This document shows positions 39,553 through 49,925 of a stretch of DNA of 64,000 nucleotides, piece after piece. The notes below the pieces were generated by a model. That model saw only the letters and a program-made list of their open reading frames with translations, was not told the origin of the DNA and searched no databases. The stretch covers positions 1-64,000 of the forward strand of contig BTVJ01000018.1 in the NCBI GenBank assembly GCA_045863395.1, written 5' to 3'. The first letter of the stretch is position 1; each line of letters starts with the position of its first letter. A program made the position numbers and the translations under genes. Source of the DNA: Myxococcales bacterium (GTDB lineage Bacteria; Myxococcota_A; UBA9042; JABWCM01; BTVJ01).

Positions 39553-42500
39553 ATGGCACGCTCGCAACTCGTGGGGGCCCTCGGGGTGCTCCTCATGCTG
39601 CCGGGGGTACCGGCAACTGCCGTCCCCACCTCGGTCCTTGTCCAGGGGGTGCTGCGCTCCGAGGCCGGCGCGCCGGTGAGCGGCAGCTTCGCCTCCGTGG
39701 TTCGGATCTTCGACCAGGCCAACGGTGGGGCGCCCCTCTATGAGCAGCCTGCCACCCTCCAGGCCGACGGAGGCGTGTTCGACGTCACGCTGGGGCCACT
39801 GCCACTCGCGGCCGTGGACGGCGCCGAGCGGTGGCTGGAGGTGACCGTCGGGGGCCAGCCACCCCTGCCGCGCCAGCCCCTGCTCGCCGTGCCCTATGCC
39901 ATCCTGGCGGACCGAGCCACCCTAGCGAGCGGGGTCCAGTGCTCCGGGTGCGTCGGGGGGAGCGCCATCGGGGCCGGCGCCGTGGACGCCTCCCACATCA
40001 AGGCCGCGGCGGTGGGCGCGGACGCGGTCTCCTTCCCGTATGCCGGCAGCGCCACCAAGGGAGGCGCCGCCGCCGACCTGGCTTGCTCCGGGTGTGTGGG
40101 GGCGGGCGAGGTCTCCTTCGGTTACGCCGCCAGCGCCACGCCCGGTGGGCCGGCGACGGGGCTCGCCTGCTCGGGCTGCGTCGGCCCTGCCGCGCTGGCT
40201 GCCGCCGTGGACGACCGCTACGTCAACGCGACGGGTGATTCCATGACAGGCGCCCTCCACGTGGCGACACCGGGCCCTTATTCGGGCCCGCAGCTCCGAG
40301 TGGGGCCGGAGTCCGGCCACGCGCACCTGACCGTCGACCGGCCAGCGGCCGACGTCGAGGCCCGCCTCACCTTCCGCACGGCCACCACCACCCTCTGGCA
40401 GCAGTTCGTCGATGACGGCACCTCGGGTGGGTGTGACCAGACGTCCCTCCGGTGGCGCCCGGGCGGCTGGTCCGGCGGAGACTGCGCGCCCGCCATGCGC
40501 CTGACGGCCGGCGGAGACCTGACCGTGGCAGGAGGCCTCGCGACTGCGTCCCTGGCCGTGTCCGGCGCGTCTTCCTTGTCAGGGCCCGTGACGGTGTCGC
40601 CGCCGGGCGCATGGGCGGGACCGCAGGTGCGCGTCTCGCCGATTGCCTCCCACGCCTGGCTGGACGTCAACCGCCCCGCCGCCGACCAGGAGGCCGGCGT
40701 GTCCCTGAGCACCGGCGGCTCAGCCTCCTGGTACACGTTCGTGGACAACGCCAGCACCGGAGGCTGCGACACGACCTCGCTCCGCTGGCGCCCAGGCTCC
40801 TGGTCCGGCGGGGACTGCGCGCCGGCCATGAAGCTCAGCACGGGAGGCGACCTGACGGTGGCGGGCAAGGTCGGCGCCGGGGGCGACGTCACCATCGCCG
40901 GCTCGCTGATCGGCGACAGGACCGTCACCGTGACCACGGGGGGGACGTCTCTCCCGGCGGGCGTCCGCGCCTACCTGCCCCTCGACGGGAGCCTGGTCGA
41001 CGTCTCGGGCACGACGGACGTGACCGGCAGCCAGGTCACCTTCACGCCGGCGAAGCGCAACAACGGCGCGCAGCTCTCCGGCGGAACGACCACGCAGTGG
41101 ATCCGCCTCGCTCCGAGCGTCTTCACGGGCAACACCTTCAGCATCGCCATGTGGATCCGGCCCACATCGTCGGGCAGATACGTCGTCAGCCGCTCCGGGT
41201 CTGCCGGAGACAACGCCATCACGCTTGGGCTGAGCGAGGTCCTGATCCAGCAGTCGGGAGTCTCGATCCCTTCGCCCCCTCTCAATCAGTGGACCCACTA
41301 CGCCGTGACCTACAACGGGAGCATCGCGCGCATCTACTTCAACGGGTCCGAGGTCGCCACCTACACCGTGTCCGTGTCCAGCTTCGCCTTCACCTCCGAC
41401 CTGTGGCTCGGCCAGGAGCAGGACTGCGCCAACGGCTGCCTCGACGCGGGCCAGGCCTACTCCGGCCTCATGGACGAGGTGGTGGTCTACGCCCGAGCGC
41501 TGTCGCCGGCGGAGGTTCAGACGGTGCGTGACGTGACCGCCGCCGTGGGGTCCGGGTCCACGTCCAGCGACATCCAGGCCCTCGACATCCCGACGGCCGT
41601 CCGCATCGGGGGCGACGTGGTGGGGGCCAAGCCGGTCCCGCTGACCCAGACGACGCCACTACCGACGAGCGGCATCGTCGCCCATGTCCCCTTCGAGGGC
41701 TCTGCGACCGACGTCTCGGGCAAGGGCACCTCTGTGGTAGGCACCTCACTGTCCTACACATCCGGCTACAAGGGTCAGGCCGCCTCCTTCCCCGGCGGAA
41801 ACACGACGAGCGCAGTCCGCGTGGCCACCGGGGCGCTGCCTGGGTCCACGTTCACCGTAGCGTTCTGGCTGAGGCCCACGGCCAACGGCAAGTACGTCCT
41901 GTCCCGGACGGACGGATCCAACGACAATGGGCTGCTCATCGGCGTCGCTGGTGACGTGTGCGCAAAGACGAGCTGCCCGGCGCTGTCGGCGCTGCCCCTC
42001 AACACGTGGACCCACGTCGCGGTCACGAGCGACGGCTCGACGGCGCACTTCTACACCAACGGCGCCACGTGGGGCACCACATCCATCTCGGGCTCGTTCT
42101 CCTGGACGTCGGACCTCTGGATCGGCCAGGAGCAGGACTGCGCCAACGGCTGTCTGGATGCAAGCCAGGCCTATGCAGGCCTCGTCGACGAGCTGGTGGT
42201 CTATGATCGGGCCCTGTCGCCCGCCGAGATTGCGACGGTGATCTCCGTGGGCGGTGGCGTCCAGGAGTCGACCACCGTCGACGTGCTCAACGTGATCACG
42301 CCGGTGAACGCCGCCGCGTACTACGTGGGCGGCGCGTGCCCCGGCGGGGCACTGTGCGACGTCGCGGAGCGCTTCCTCGTGGGGGACGGGGTCGTTCTCC
42401 CGGGGGACGTGGTCGCGGTCGACGAGCTCCGGGACGCCTCAGTGCGCCTGAGTCGGCGACCCTATGAGAGCTCGGTCATGGGGGTGGTGTCGGGCGCCCC

Positions 42501-42819
42501 GGGCCTCTTGCTGGGCCGCGAGGTGGGGGGAGTCGCCGTTGCCCTCGGCGGGCGCGTCCCGGTCAAGGTCACGGGCGAGGGCGGCCCCATCCGCCGCGGC
42601 GACCTCTTGACGACCTCGTCGACGGCGGGGCACGCCATGCGCGCGGCAGAGGCCTGGAGAGGCGGCGTCATCGGCACCGCGCTCCAGCCCTTCGACGGTG
42701 AGGTCGGGCAGGTCCTGATGCTCGTGGCCCTCCAGCCGGCGGGCGGCGGAGCTTCGCTGGAGGCGCTCATGGAGCGCATCGAGGCGCAGGAGGCGCGCAT
42801 CCGCGCGCTGGAGCGATGA
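39553..42819 (+). CDS. Secreted fibre-like adhesin with two LamG/pentraxin-like domains and a C-terminal chaperone-like domain
   Basis: Signal peptide; QG.L...F.V.LG...WLEV.V...PRQ.L.AVPYA N-domain; CSGCVG x3; WTH.AVT..G and GQEQD x2; DVAERF..PGDVV..GRVPVKV..IRRGDLLTTS. Confidence 0.8.
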   Translation: MARSQLVGALGVLLMLPGVPATAVPTSVLVQGVLRSEAGAPVSGSFASVVRIFDQANGGAPLYEQPATLQADGGVFDVTLGPLPLAAVDGAERWLEVTVGGQPPLPRQPLLAVPYAILADRATLASGVQCSGCVGGSAIGAGAVDASHIKAAAVGADAVSFPYAGSATKGGAAADLACSGCVGAGEVSFGYAASATPGGPATGLACSGCVGPAALAAAVDDRYVNATGDSMTGALHVATPGPYSGPQLRVGPESGHAHLTVDRPAADVEARLTFRTATTTLWQQFVDDGTSGGCDQTSLRWRPGGWSGGDCAPAMRLTAGGDLTVAGGLATASLAVSGASSLSGPVTVSPPGAWAGPQVRVSPIASHAWLDVNRPAADQEAGVSLSTGGSASWYTFVDNASTGGCDTTSLRWRPGSWSGGDCAPAMKLSTGGDLTVAGKVGAGGDVTIAGSLIGDRTVTVTTGGTSLPAGVRAYLPLDGSLVDVSGTTDVTGSQVTFTPAKRNNGAQLSGGTTTQWIRLAPSVFTGNTFSIAMWIRPTSSGRYVVSRSGSAGDNAITLGLSEVLIQQSGVSIPSPPLNQWTHYAVTYNGSIARIYFNGSEVATYTVSVSSFAFTSDLWLGQEQDCANGCLDAGQAYSGLMDEVVVYARALSPAEVQTVRDVTAAVGSGSTSSDIQALDIPTAVRIGGDVVGAKPVPLTQTTPLPTSGIVAHVPFEGSATDVSGKGTSVVGTSLSYTSGYKGQAASFPGGNTTSAVRVATGALPGSTFTVAFWLRPTANGKYVLSRTDGSNDNGLLIGVAGDVCAKTSCPALSALPLNTWTHVAVTSDGSTAHFYTNGATWGTTSISGSFSWTSDLWIGQEQDCANGCLDASQAYAGLVDELVVYDRALSPAEIATVISVGGGVQESTTVDVLNVITPVNAAAYYVGGACPGGALCDVAERFLVGDGVVLPGDVVAVDELRDASVRLSRRPYESSVMGVVSGAPGLLLGREVGGVAVALGGRVPVKVTGEGGPIRRGDLLTTSSTAGHAMRAAEAWRGGVIGTALQPFDGEVGQVLMLVALQPAGGGASLEALMERIEAQEARIRALER

Positions 42820-45128
42820 GGTGCCTCTGCGTGGCGCTGACATGCCTCCTCGCGGCCTGCGCTGGTGCGGAGACCGCCGTCCCGCTGCCCTCGGACGCGG
42901 GGGCAGACGCGGGCGAGGTCTCCGGCGCGGCGGACGCGGAGGGGGGCGACGCCAGGGACGCGAGCGCCGCGGGGCCCGACGCCGGGAACGACGCCTGGAT
43001 GGGCACGGACGGTGCGGATGCCGGTCCGGCGCCCACGGACGCGGCCGCTCTTGACGGTGCTCTCGAAGACGGAGCGCCCGCCGACGCCCTCTCCGACGGC
43101 GCGGCGGTGGACGCCGAACGGGAGCCGGACGCCGAAGACGTGCCAGACTCCGCGCCGTTGGACGTCTTGGACGCCGGCCCCGCGGACGTGCCGGACGCCA
43201 CGCCATCGGACGTCGAGCCGGCGGACGTCGAGCCGGCGGACGGGAACTCCCCAGACTCCGTTGTCGATCCTTGCCTCACCCTGGTCTGCGCCGACGGCGA
43301 CCCGTGCACGCTGGACTCATGCGACCCGACGGCGGGCTGCGAGCACACCGCGTACTCCTGCGACGACGACGACCCGTGCACGGCGGGCTCCTGCGACGGC
43401 GTGGGCGGGTGCATCACGACCGCGGTCCCGGGCTGCGTCGCCTGCGGCCTCGGGTGCGACGACGGCGACGCCTGCACGGAGGACCTCTGCGCCGCGGGCG
43501 TCTGCGCCTACGGACCCGTGTGGTGTGACGACGGGGATGCCTGCACGGACGACTCCTGCGCGCCCGCCGTCGGGTGCACCCACGCAGCGGAGGCCTGCGA
43601 CGACGGCGACGCCTGCACCACGGACGGCTGTGACGGCGGCTGCACGCACGCTGTCACGGACTGCGACGACGGCGACGCGTGCACCACGGACGCCTGCATG
43701 CCCGGAGCGGGCTGCGTCCACCCGTCGATCCTCTGCGACGACGGCGACGCCTGCACCGCGGACGCGTGCGACCCACTGGCCGGGTGCGCGTTCGACACCA
43801 AGCCCTGTGATGACGGCGACGCCTGCACCGCGGACTCCTGCACGCCGGACAAAGGCTGCCTCCATGCCCCCCTGGAGTGCGAGGCAGGCGGCTGCGCGGT
43901 CGTGGCCTGCGACCCGACCAGTGGGTGCGTGACCGTCGCCACGGGCTGCGACGACGGAGATCCATGCACGGTGGGCTCCTGTGCCGGGGGTGGCTGCCAG
44001 CAGGTCCCAGTGTCCTGCCAGGACGGCGACCCCTGCACCATCGACGCCTGCACCCGGGCCGCGGGCTGCACCTCGACCCCCGTCCTGTGCGACGACAGCG
44101 ACGCCTGCACGGTGGACGCCTGTGACCCGGACAAGGGCACCTGCGCGTCCTTCGGCGCGTCGTGCGGAGACGGCGACCCCTGTACGGCGGACACCTGCGA
44201 CCCGGCATCCGGCTGCACGAGCACCCCGTTCTCGCCGTGCGTCGGCTGCCGGACCGCCGCCGACTGCGACGACGCCGACCCCTGCACCGCTGATGCCTGC
44301 CTGCCGGACGGGACGTGCGCCAGCTCCCCCCTCCCCGTCTGCCTGACCTGCCAGACGACCGCGGACTGCGCGACGGATCCCTGCACCGTGGCCGCGTGCA
44401 TCCTGCTTCAGTGCGTCGTCACGCCCAAGCCCTGCGGAGACGGCGACCCCTGCACGATGGACACCTGCGCGGGCGGCCAGTGCGCCCACGCTCCGGTGGC
44501 CGGGTGCGCCGGGTGCGCAGGCCCCCTCGACTGCGCCGATGACGACCCGTGCACGGCGGACGGCTGCGAGGCAGGCGCCTGCGTCCACGCCCCCCGGAGC
44601 TGCGGCGACGGAGAGCTGTGCACGGCCGACGCCTGCGACCCGATCACGGGCACCTGCACCCACCTGGGCATCGAGGGGTGCCAGCCGTGCTCCCCCCAGG
44701 CGTGCGACGATGGCAACCCCTGCACCGAGGAGCTCTGCGCTGGCGACTGCGTCAACCACCTGACGGAGTGCGGCGACGGAGACCCCTGCACGTCGGACCA
44801 CTGCAACCCGGTCACGGGCACCTGCCACAACGACCCGAAGACGGGGTGCGCGGGCTGCGAGCTGGCCGGAGACTGCCAGGACGGCGATCCGTGCACCTCG
44901 GACACCTGCGTGCAGGGCGCCTGCACCCACACCGACGCCTGCGATGACGGGGACGACTGCACCATGGACGCGTGCGACGGCCTCACGGGCACCTGCACCC
45001 GGACGGGCATCACGGGCTGCAAGGCGTGCGAGCTGCTCGGTGACTGCGTGGACGGCGACCCTTGCACCCAGGACGCCTGCGACCCGGTCACGAAGACCTG
45101 CGCCTACACACCCGTCTGCGGACCCTGA
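42816..45128 (+). CDS. Cys-rich repeat lipoprotein (CDDGDxCTxDxC repeats, Dictyostelium CTDC-like)
   Basis: LLAAC lipobox, Asp/Ala-rich linker, more than 20 tandem C-DGD-CT-D-C units. Confidence 0.88.
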   Translation: MRCLCVALTCLLAACAGAETAVPLPSDAGADAGEVSGAADAEGGDARDASAAGPDAGNDAWMGTDGADAGPAPTDAAALDGALEDGAPADALSDGAAVDAEREPDAEDVPDSAPLDVLDAGPADVPDATPSDVEPADVEPADGNSPDSVVDPCLTLVCADGDPCTLDSCDPTAGCEHTAYSCDDDDPCTAGSCDGVGGCITTAVPGCVACGLGCDDGDACTEDLCAAGVCAYGPVWCDDGDACTDDSCAPAVGCTHAAEACDDGDACTTDGCDGGCTHAVTDCDDGDACTTDACMPGAGCVHPSILCDDGDACTADACDPLAGCAFDTKPCDDGDACTADSCTPDKGCLHAPLECEAGGCAVVACDPTSGCVTVATGCDDGDPCTVGSCAGGGCQQVPVSCQDGDPCTIDACTRAAGCTSTPVLCDDSDACTVDACDPDKGTCASFGASCGDGDPCTADTCDPASGCTSTPFSPCVGCRTAADCDDADPCTADACLPDGTCASSPLPVCLTCQTTADCATDPCTVAACILLQCVVTPKPCGDGDPCTMDTCAGGQCAHAPVAGCAGCAGPLDCADDDPCTADGCEAGACVHAPRSCGDGELCTADACDPITGTCTHLGIEGCQPCSPQACDDGNPCTEELCAGDCVNHLTECGDGDPCTSDHCNPVTGTCHNDPKTGCAGCELAGDCQDGDPCTSDTCVQGACTHTDACDDGDDCTMDACDGLTGTCTRTGITGCKACELLGDCVDGDPCTQDACDPVTKTCAYTPVCGP

Positions 45129-46832
45129 TCAGGGATTGACGGGGACAGGGGGCGCCAGCGGAGGCGGCTCATCGTCGGGCAGAGGCGACTCGTCGTCGAT
45201 GGGCACCGGCGGCGCCAGCGGAGGCGGCCCATCGTCGATGGGCACCGGCGGCGCCAGCGGAGGCGGCCCGTCGTCGTCGTCCGGCTCCGAGTCCCCCTCG
45301 CCGAACGTCGGCAACATGGGCGGCTCGTCACCCCCACCGCCAGGCCCGTCGACGCCGTACTCGTAGTCGTCGTAGGTGGGCTGCACGTCCTGGCCGCCCT
45401 CCGGCGGCTCACTCAGGTCGATGCCCTGCATCATGTCCTTGACCGACTCCTCCTCGCCCATCGGCCCAGACTCATGGCTTCGCGACCCGTCGGGGAAGTC
45501 CATGTGAAACTCGCGCCCCGTCTTGAGGGCCACCGCTTGGAGGGTCACGCGGGGGACGAACGTGATCACCGCGAGGCTCCCGATGAGCAGCAGCACGAAC
45601 GGCGCGACGGCGCGAATGACCTGCCCGAAGCTCTTGCCGAAGTAGCCGGCGGCCACGAACAGGTTGAGCCCCACCGGCGGCGTGAGGTAGCCGATCTCCA
45701 GGTTCACGATGAAGATCAGCGCGAGGTGCAGCGGATCGAACCCGAGGGCAGCGGCGGCAGGCGCGATCAGCGGCACGAAGAGGATGATGGCGCTGATGAT
45801 GTCCATCAGCATCCCCACCAAGAACAGGAACCCGTTGAGGATCAGAACGAACTGGAGCGGCGAGAGCGCCATGCTCTCGAGCTGGGCCTTCAGCTTCTCG
45901 GGGATCTCCTGGATGGTCAGGAACTCGTTGAACCCGAACGCCAGGGTGATGATGATCAGGATGCTCCCCATGAGCACCGCGGCCTCCGAGAGCAGGTCCG
46001 GGAGGTCGGCCACCTTGAGCTGCTTGTGGATGACGAGCTCGATGGCCAGCGCCAGCATCACGCTGATGGCCGCCGCCTGGGTCGCGCTGAACACCCCGAT
46101 GTAGATGCCGCCAAGGATGAAGACCGGCAGCGTCAGGGACCAGAGGCCGTCCCGGAAGGCCGCCCCGAGCTCTGCCCACGAGAAGGGCTGGCGCTTCACG
46201 TTGCGCCCGGTGAAGACGCAGTAGCCCGCGAGGCACGCGCCGATGACCAGGCCGGGCCCGATGCCCGCGATGAACAGGTCCTCGATGCTGACCCGCACCC
46301 CCTCCGCGGTCGCGAAGATCGCGTAGATGATCATCGGGATGGACGGCGGGATGATGATCCCGAGGGACCCAGCCGACGTGACGAGACCGAGACCGAAGCT
46401 CTCTTTGTATCCCGCCGCCAGGAGCGCTGGCAGCATGACGCCACCGATGGTGATCACGGTCACGGGGGACGAACCGCTGATCGCCGCGAAGAACATGCAG
46501 GCTACGACGGCAGAGACGGCCAGGCCCCCCGGCAGCCACCCGAACGTGGCGTTGGCGATGGCCACGAGGCGCTGCGCGATGGCCCCCCGACTCATGATGG
46601 CGCCAGCGATCATGAAGAAGGGGATGGCGACGAGGGTCGGCTCGTCGGCCAATGCCACCATCTTCTCCAACATATTGAAGTTCTTGGTGAACGACGAGAA
46701 GCTGGTCAGGTAGTCCTCGAAGCCCGTCTGCGGGAATACCGCGAAGCACGCGATGGTCACCCCGCCGATGACGACGAAGAGCGGCGCGCCCGTGAAGACG
46801 AGGAAGACCAGCGCGAGGAGGATCCAGATCAT
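45129..46832 (-). CDS. dctM: TRAP transporter large permease with an acidic Pro-rich C-terminal tail
   Basis: AIPFFMIAG, FFAAISGSS, LGIIIPPSIPMIIY, EIGYLTPPVGLNLFVA. Confidence 0.93.
   Translation of the reverse strand: MIWILLALVFLVFTGAPLFVVIGGVTIACFAVFPQTGFEDYLTSFSSFTKNFNMLEKMVALADEPTLVAIPFFMIAGAIMSRGAIAQRLVAIANATFGWLPGGLAVSAVVACMFFAAISGSSPVTVITIGGVMLPALLAAGYKESFGLGLVTSAGSLGIIIPPSIPMIIYAIFATAEGVRVSIEDLFIAGIGPGLVIGACLAGYCVFTGRNVKRQPFSWAELGAAFRDGLWSLTLPVFILGGIYIGVFSATQAAAISVMLALAIELVIHKQLKVADLPDLLSEAAVLMGSILIIITLAFGFNEFLTIQEIPEKLKAQLESMALSPLQFVLILNGFLFLVGMLMDIISAIILFVPLIAPAAAALGFDPLHLALIFIVNLEIGYLTPPVGLNLFVAAGYFGKSFGQVIRAVAPFVLLLIGSLAVITFVPRVTLQAVALKTGREFHMDFPDGSRSHESGPMGEEESVKDMMQGIDLSEPPEGGQDVQPTYDDYEYGVDGPGGGGDEPPMLPTFGEGDSEPDDDDGPPPLAPPVPIDDGPPPLAPPVPIDDESPLPDDEPPPLAPPVPVNP
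45151..45269. repeat. Coding direct repeats in the dctM tail (39-bp unit x2 plus a third partial copy)
   Basis: GGCGCCAGCGGAGGCGGC at 45151, 45211 and 45250; encodes PPPLAPPVP. Confidence 0.85.
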
Positions 46833-47797
46833 CAGTGGCTCCCCTCCCCGGCGGTCGCATCCTCCCCTCTCAGCGCCATCACGAAGCGCGCCCCGAACCG
46901 CACCACCATGACGGTCAGGGCCAGCGGGATGGGCAGCACCAGCAGCCACACCTTCAGGTCGATGGAGGCGAGCGTCGCCCCCATGCGCAGGCGGTCGAGC
47001 AAGTACCACACCGCCAGCACGAGCAGGATCGCGCAGAACGTCATGGTGACCAGGTGGCTCACGGCGTTGTACGCCGAGGCGAACCGCTGCGGGATGGCTT
47101 TGCGCACGAAGTCGATGCGGATGTGCTTCCCGTCATGGGTCGCCATGCTGGCGCCCACGAAGCCCACCCACATGATCAGGATCTTCGCGAGATCCTGCGA
47201 CCAGGAGTACCCAGGCCGCAGGTTCCACAGGATGGTGAGGATGTAGGCGCTCGCCGGCACCCAGGCGATCAGGAAGGCCGCGAGCTGGCCCCGTTGGCTG
47301 TAGAGGTGCGCGAACCAGCCAACGGCGACAAGGAAGGTGCCGATGCAGACCCACCGCGAGGGGGCCACCTCGATCAGCCGACCGAAGCCGTAGAGCACGG
47401 CGGTGATGCCGACGGCGATGCCGAGCCGGGCAGCGTGCCCGAATCGCCGCCGCTCCCGGTCCGCCGTGTAGACCGCGAACCAGGCGAGCCCGAGGGCTCC
47501 AAGGCCCACGATCAGGGGGCCAATCCAGCCGCGGGCGGCCTCGCGCAGCGACTCCGGGGGCTGCTGATAGGCCGAGTAGCCCGCCAGGCGGTAGACGACC
47601 CGCACGAAGGCGTTGTCCTGTGCGGTCATCTCCACATGGAGGATGTCGTAGAAGTACGTAAGCGCCATCGCGAGCAGCGCAAACGTCACGACGCCGCGCT
47701 CCACGATGTAGACCCCTGCGTCGAGGGCCTGCAGGAAGGTCCGGGGCTCGCCGGGGGCGAGCACCGGCGACTTGTCTAGGTCTAGGGGGGCCGCCAC
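46832..47797 (-). CDS. dctQ: TRAP transporter small permease with extra N-terminal TM helices
   Basis: WSQDLAKILIMWVGFVGASMAT..GKHIRID motif; about 320 aa. Confidence 0.85.
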   Translation of the reverse strand: MAAPLDLDKSPVLAPGEPRTFLQALDAGVYIVERGVVTFALLAMALTYFYDILHVEMTAQDNAFVRVVYRLAGYSAYQQPPESLREAARGWIGPLIVGLGALGLAWFAVYTADRERRRFGHAARLGIAVGITAVLYGFGRLIEVAPSRWVCIGTFLVAVGWFAHLYSQRGQLAAFLIAWVPASAYILTILWNLRPGYSWSQDLAKILIMWVGFVGASMATHDGKHIRIDFVRKAIPQRFASAYNAVSHLVTMTFCAILLVLAVWYLLDRLRMGATLASIDLKVWLLVLPIPLALTVMVVRFGARFVMALRGEDATAGEGSH

Positions 47798-47869
47798 CGG
47801 TGCTCCTCCATGGCAGGGGTCATGGCAGGGGTCTCCGCGCGCCGCCCCCCAAACAGCGTCGGGCGGCCC

Positions 47870-48883
47870 CTACTTCTGCTTCTTCGCCTCGAGGACCTTG
47901 TCCAGCAGACCGCTCGCCTGGGGGACCCTCTTGCGGAAGATGTCCCACACCCCGCGGGTCGCCTTCTTGAGTTCTTCCTTCTCAGCCGCCGTGAGCTGGT
48001 AGAACTCGACGCCCGCCTTCTTGTAGTTCTCGACGAGGGGCTTGTTGAGCTTGCGCACCCAGTCGCGGCCGGTCTTCGTGTCCTCCGCGATGTTCGACGT
48101 CAGCATGGCCTGCAGGTCTGCCGGCAGCTTGTCGAACCACGCCTTGTTGTAGACCACGACGGCCGGCTGGTAGATGTGCTCGCTGAGGGTCAGCTTGCGG
48201 ATGCCCTGGTACCACTGGGCCGCGTACGCGAACAGCAGCGAGTTGTCGTAGCCCTGCACCACGCCGTTCTGGAGCGCGCTCGGCACCTCGGGCACCGCGA
48301 TGGGGCTGGGCGACGCACCGAGGGCGTTGTACATCTCGACATGGACGAAGCTCGGCTGGGAGCGGAGCTTGAGGCCCCTGAAGTCTCCGGGCGACTTGAG
48401 GAACCGGTCCTTGGTGGCCCAGTGGCGCCACCCGTTCTCCGCCCACTCGTAGAGCACGAAGCCCTTCTTGGCCAGGATCTCCTTCATGGGCTCGTACAGC
48501 ACATTGTCGAGCACGTGGTCGATCTGCCGGTAGTTGTCGAACAGGAACGGCAGCTCGAGGAGGTGCAGCTCCTCCACCGCGACGGCCATGGCGCCGGTGG
48601 ACACGCCGACCATCTCCAAGGTGCCCTGTTGGACGCGGCGGACCAGCGACTCCTCGCTGCCGAGCTGCCCGCCCAGGTAGATCTTCACCTTGATGCGCCC
48701 GCCGGACTCCTTCTCAACCCGCTTCTTGATGCGCTTGAGCAGCTCCGACCAGGGCGTCCCGTCCGGGGCGACCGTCCCGATGCGGAGCGTGAACTCCTGC
48801 GCATCCGCGGGCGGCGTCCCCAACACCAAGGCTCCCAACACCAGGGCCAGCACGGCCCACAGCTTCCTGCCTGACATGGTCAT
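47870..48883 (-). CDS. dctP: TRAP transporter substrate-binding protein (DctP/TatP type)
   Basis: LRIGTVAPDGTPW, YLGGQLGSE, LPFLF, GLKLR, ALQNGVV. Confidence 0.92.
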   Translation of the reverse strand: MTMSGRKLWAVLALVLGALVLGTPPADAQEFTLRIGTVAPDGTPWSELLKRIKKRVEKESGGRIKVKIYLGGQLGSEESLVRRVQQGTLEMVGVSTGAMAVAVEELHLLELPFLFDNYRQIDHVLDNVLYEPMKEILAKKGFVLYEWAENGWRHWATKDRFLKSPGDFRGLKLRSQPSFVHVEMYNALGASPSPIAVPEVPSALQNGVVQGYDNSLLFAYAAQWYQGIRKLTLSEHIYQPAVVVYNKAWFDKLPADLQAMLTSNIAEDTKTGRDWVRKLNKPLVENYKKAGVEFYQLTAAEKEELKKATRGVWDIFRKRVPQASGLLDKVLEAKKQK

Positions 48884-48898
48884 GCCTCCTCGCCCCGC

Positions 48899-49795
48899 CT
48901 ACTCCTCGAACAGGACGTCGATGTCCTCGTACAGCTCCTTGGCCTTGCGCTGCTCGATCTCCTGCTCTGCCTGGAGCTCCGGGATCACGTCGGGCTTCGC
49001 GTTGATCACGAACTGGAGCTGCTCCTCGAACATCGCCCGATCCTTGAGCTTCGGGGCCAGCATCTCGGCCATGAGCACGCGGGTGGCGAAGTAGTTGGGC
49101 TCGATCTTCAGCGCCCGCTGGAAGTGCTTCTTCGAGCGCTTCGGATCGCCGTTGGGGAAGGGGATCTTGGTGTAGTAGGCGCCAAAGTAGCGGTCCGGCG
49201 CGCCATAGAAGTACGTGGGGTCGAGCTTGCGGGCGGCGCCGATCATCGCGGCGACCTTGTCCTTGTTCTCGAGCACGTTGATCAGCGAGCTGGCGAGGCC
49301 CCACTTGCCCAGGTTGGTCGCGTACCAGTAGAGAGCCGGCACGCTCTTCTTGTCGACGACCTTGAGTGCCTTGTCGAAGGGCTCGCTGGCACACACCCGC
49401 TTCCTGAACTCGGCGTTCTTGCCACGCAGGGCCACCTCGGCCCAGTAGGTGCCCTTCTCGAAGGCGGCGAGCATGTCGGCCTTCTTCTCCTCGTCGAACC
49501 GCAGGTGCCCGTCCCCGAGGAAGTACCAGGCCCGCGACAGGCGCACCATCAGGTCCGTGTTGGACGGGTCGATCTGGACGGCGCGGTCCCAGGCCTCGAT
49601 GGCCTTCCGCAGCTCCGCCGGGTCGCTGCGCTTCGCCCAGTGGGCCTCGCCCTCCTTCTCCGCCGCGCCGGCGTCCCCTTGGAGCGTCCCCTTCGAGTAG
49701 AGGTCGTCGGCGCAGAGCCCCGACTGGCGCGACGCGCCGCACGCGGTGAGGGTCGCGAGGACGGCGATGGTGGCCGCCGTCATGATGCTACGCAT
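48899..49795 (-). CDS. TRAP transporter TatT (T-component) TPR-like lipoprotein
   Basis: LTAC lipobox; ALYWYATNLG, LDPTYFYG, GD..RSKKHFQRAL; directly upstream of dctP. Confidence 0.8.
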   Translation of the reverse strand: MRSIMTAATIAVLATLTACGASRQSGLCADDLYSKGTLQGDAGAAEKEGEAHWAKRSDPAELRKAIEAWDRAVQIDPSNTDLMVRLSRAWYFLGDGHLRFDEEKKADMLAAFEKGTYWAEVALRGKNAEFRKRVCASEPFDKALKVVDKKSVPALYWYATNLGKWGLASSLINVLENKDKVAAMIGAARKLDPTYFYGAPDRYFGAYYTKIPFPNGDPKRSKKHFQRALKIEPNYFATRVLMAEMLAPKLKDRAMFEEQLQFVINAKPDVIPELQAEQEIEQRKAKELYEDIDVLFEE

Positions 49796-49925
49796 GGTCT
49801 TCTCCTTCCTCGGGCTGGCGACGAAGCTCGTGCCGTCTGTCTATGCGGGTGTCCGTCGGCGAACCGTTATACCCGGCGCCGCTGGAACCGGTCAACCTGA
49901 AACCGGAATGCGCCCCAGCGCGACC

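Noticed and set aside
43270..45120. Regularly spaced DNA repeats (tgcgacgacggcgac…tgcac) resembling a CRISPR array
   Set aside because: They are degenerate in-frame coding repeats of a Cys-rich protein; no cas genes are present.
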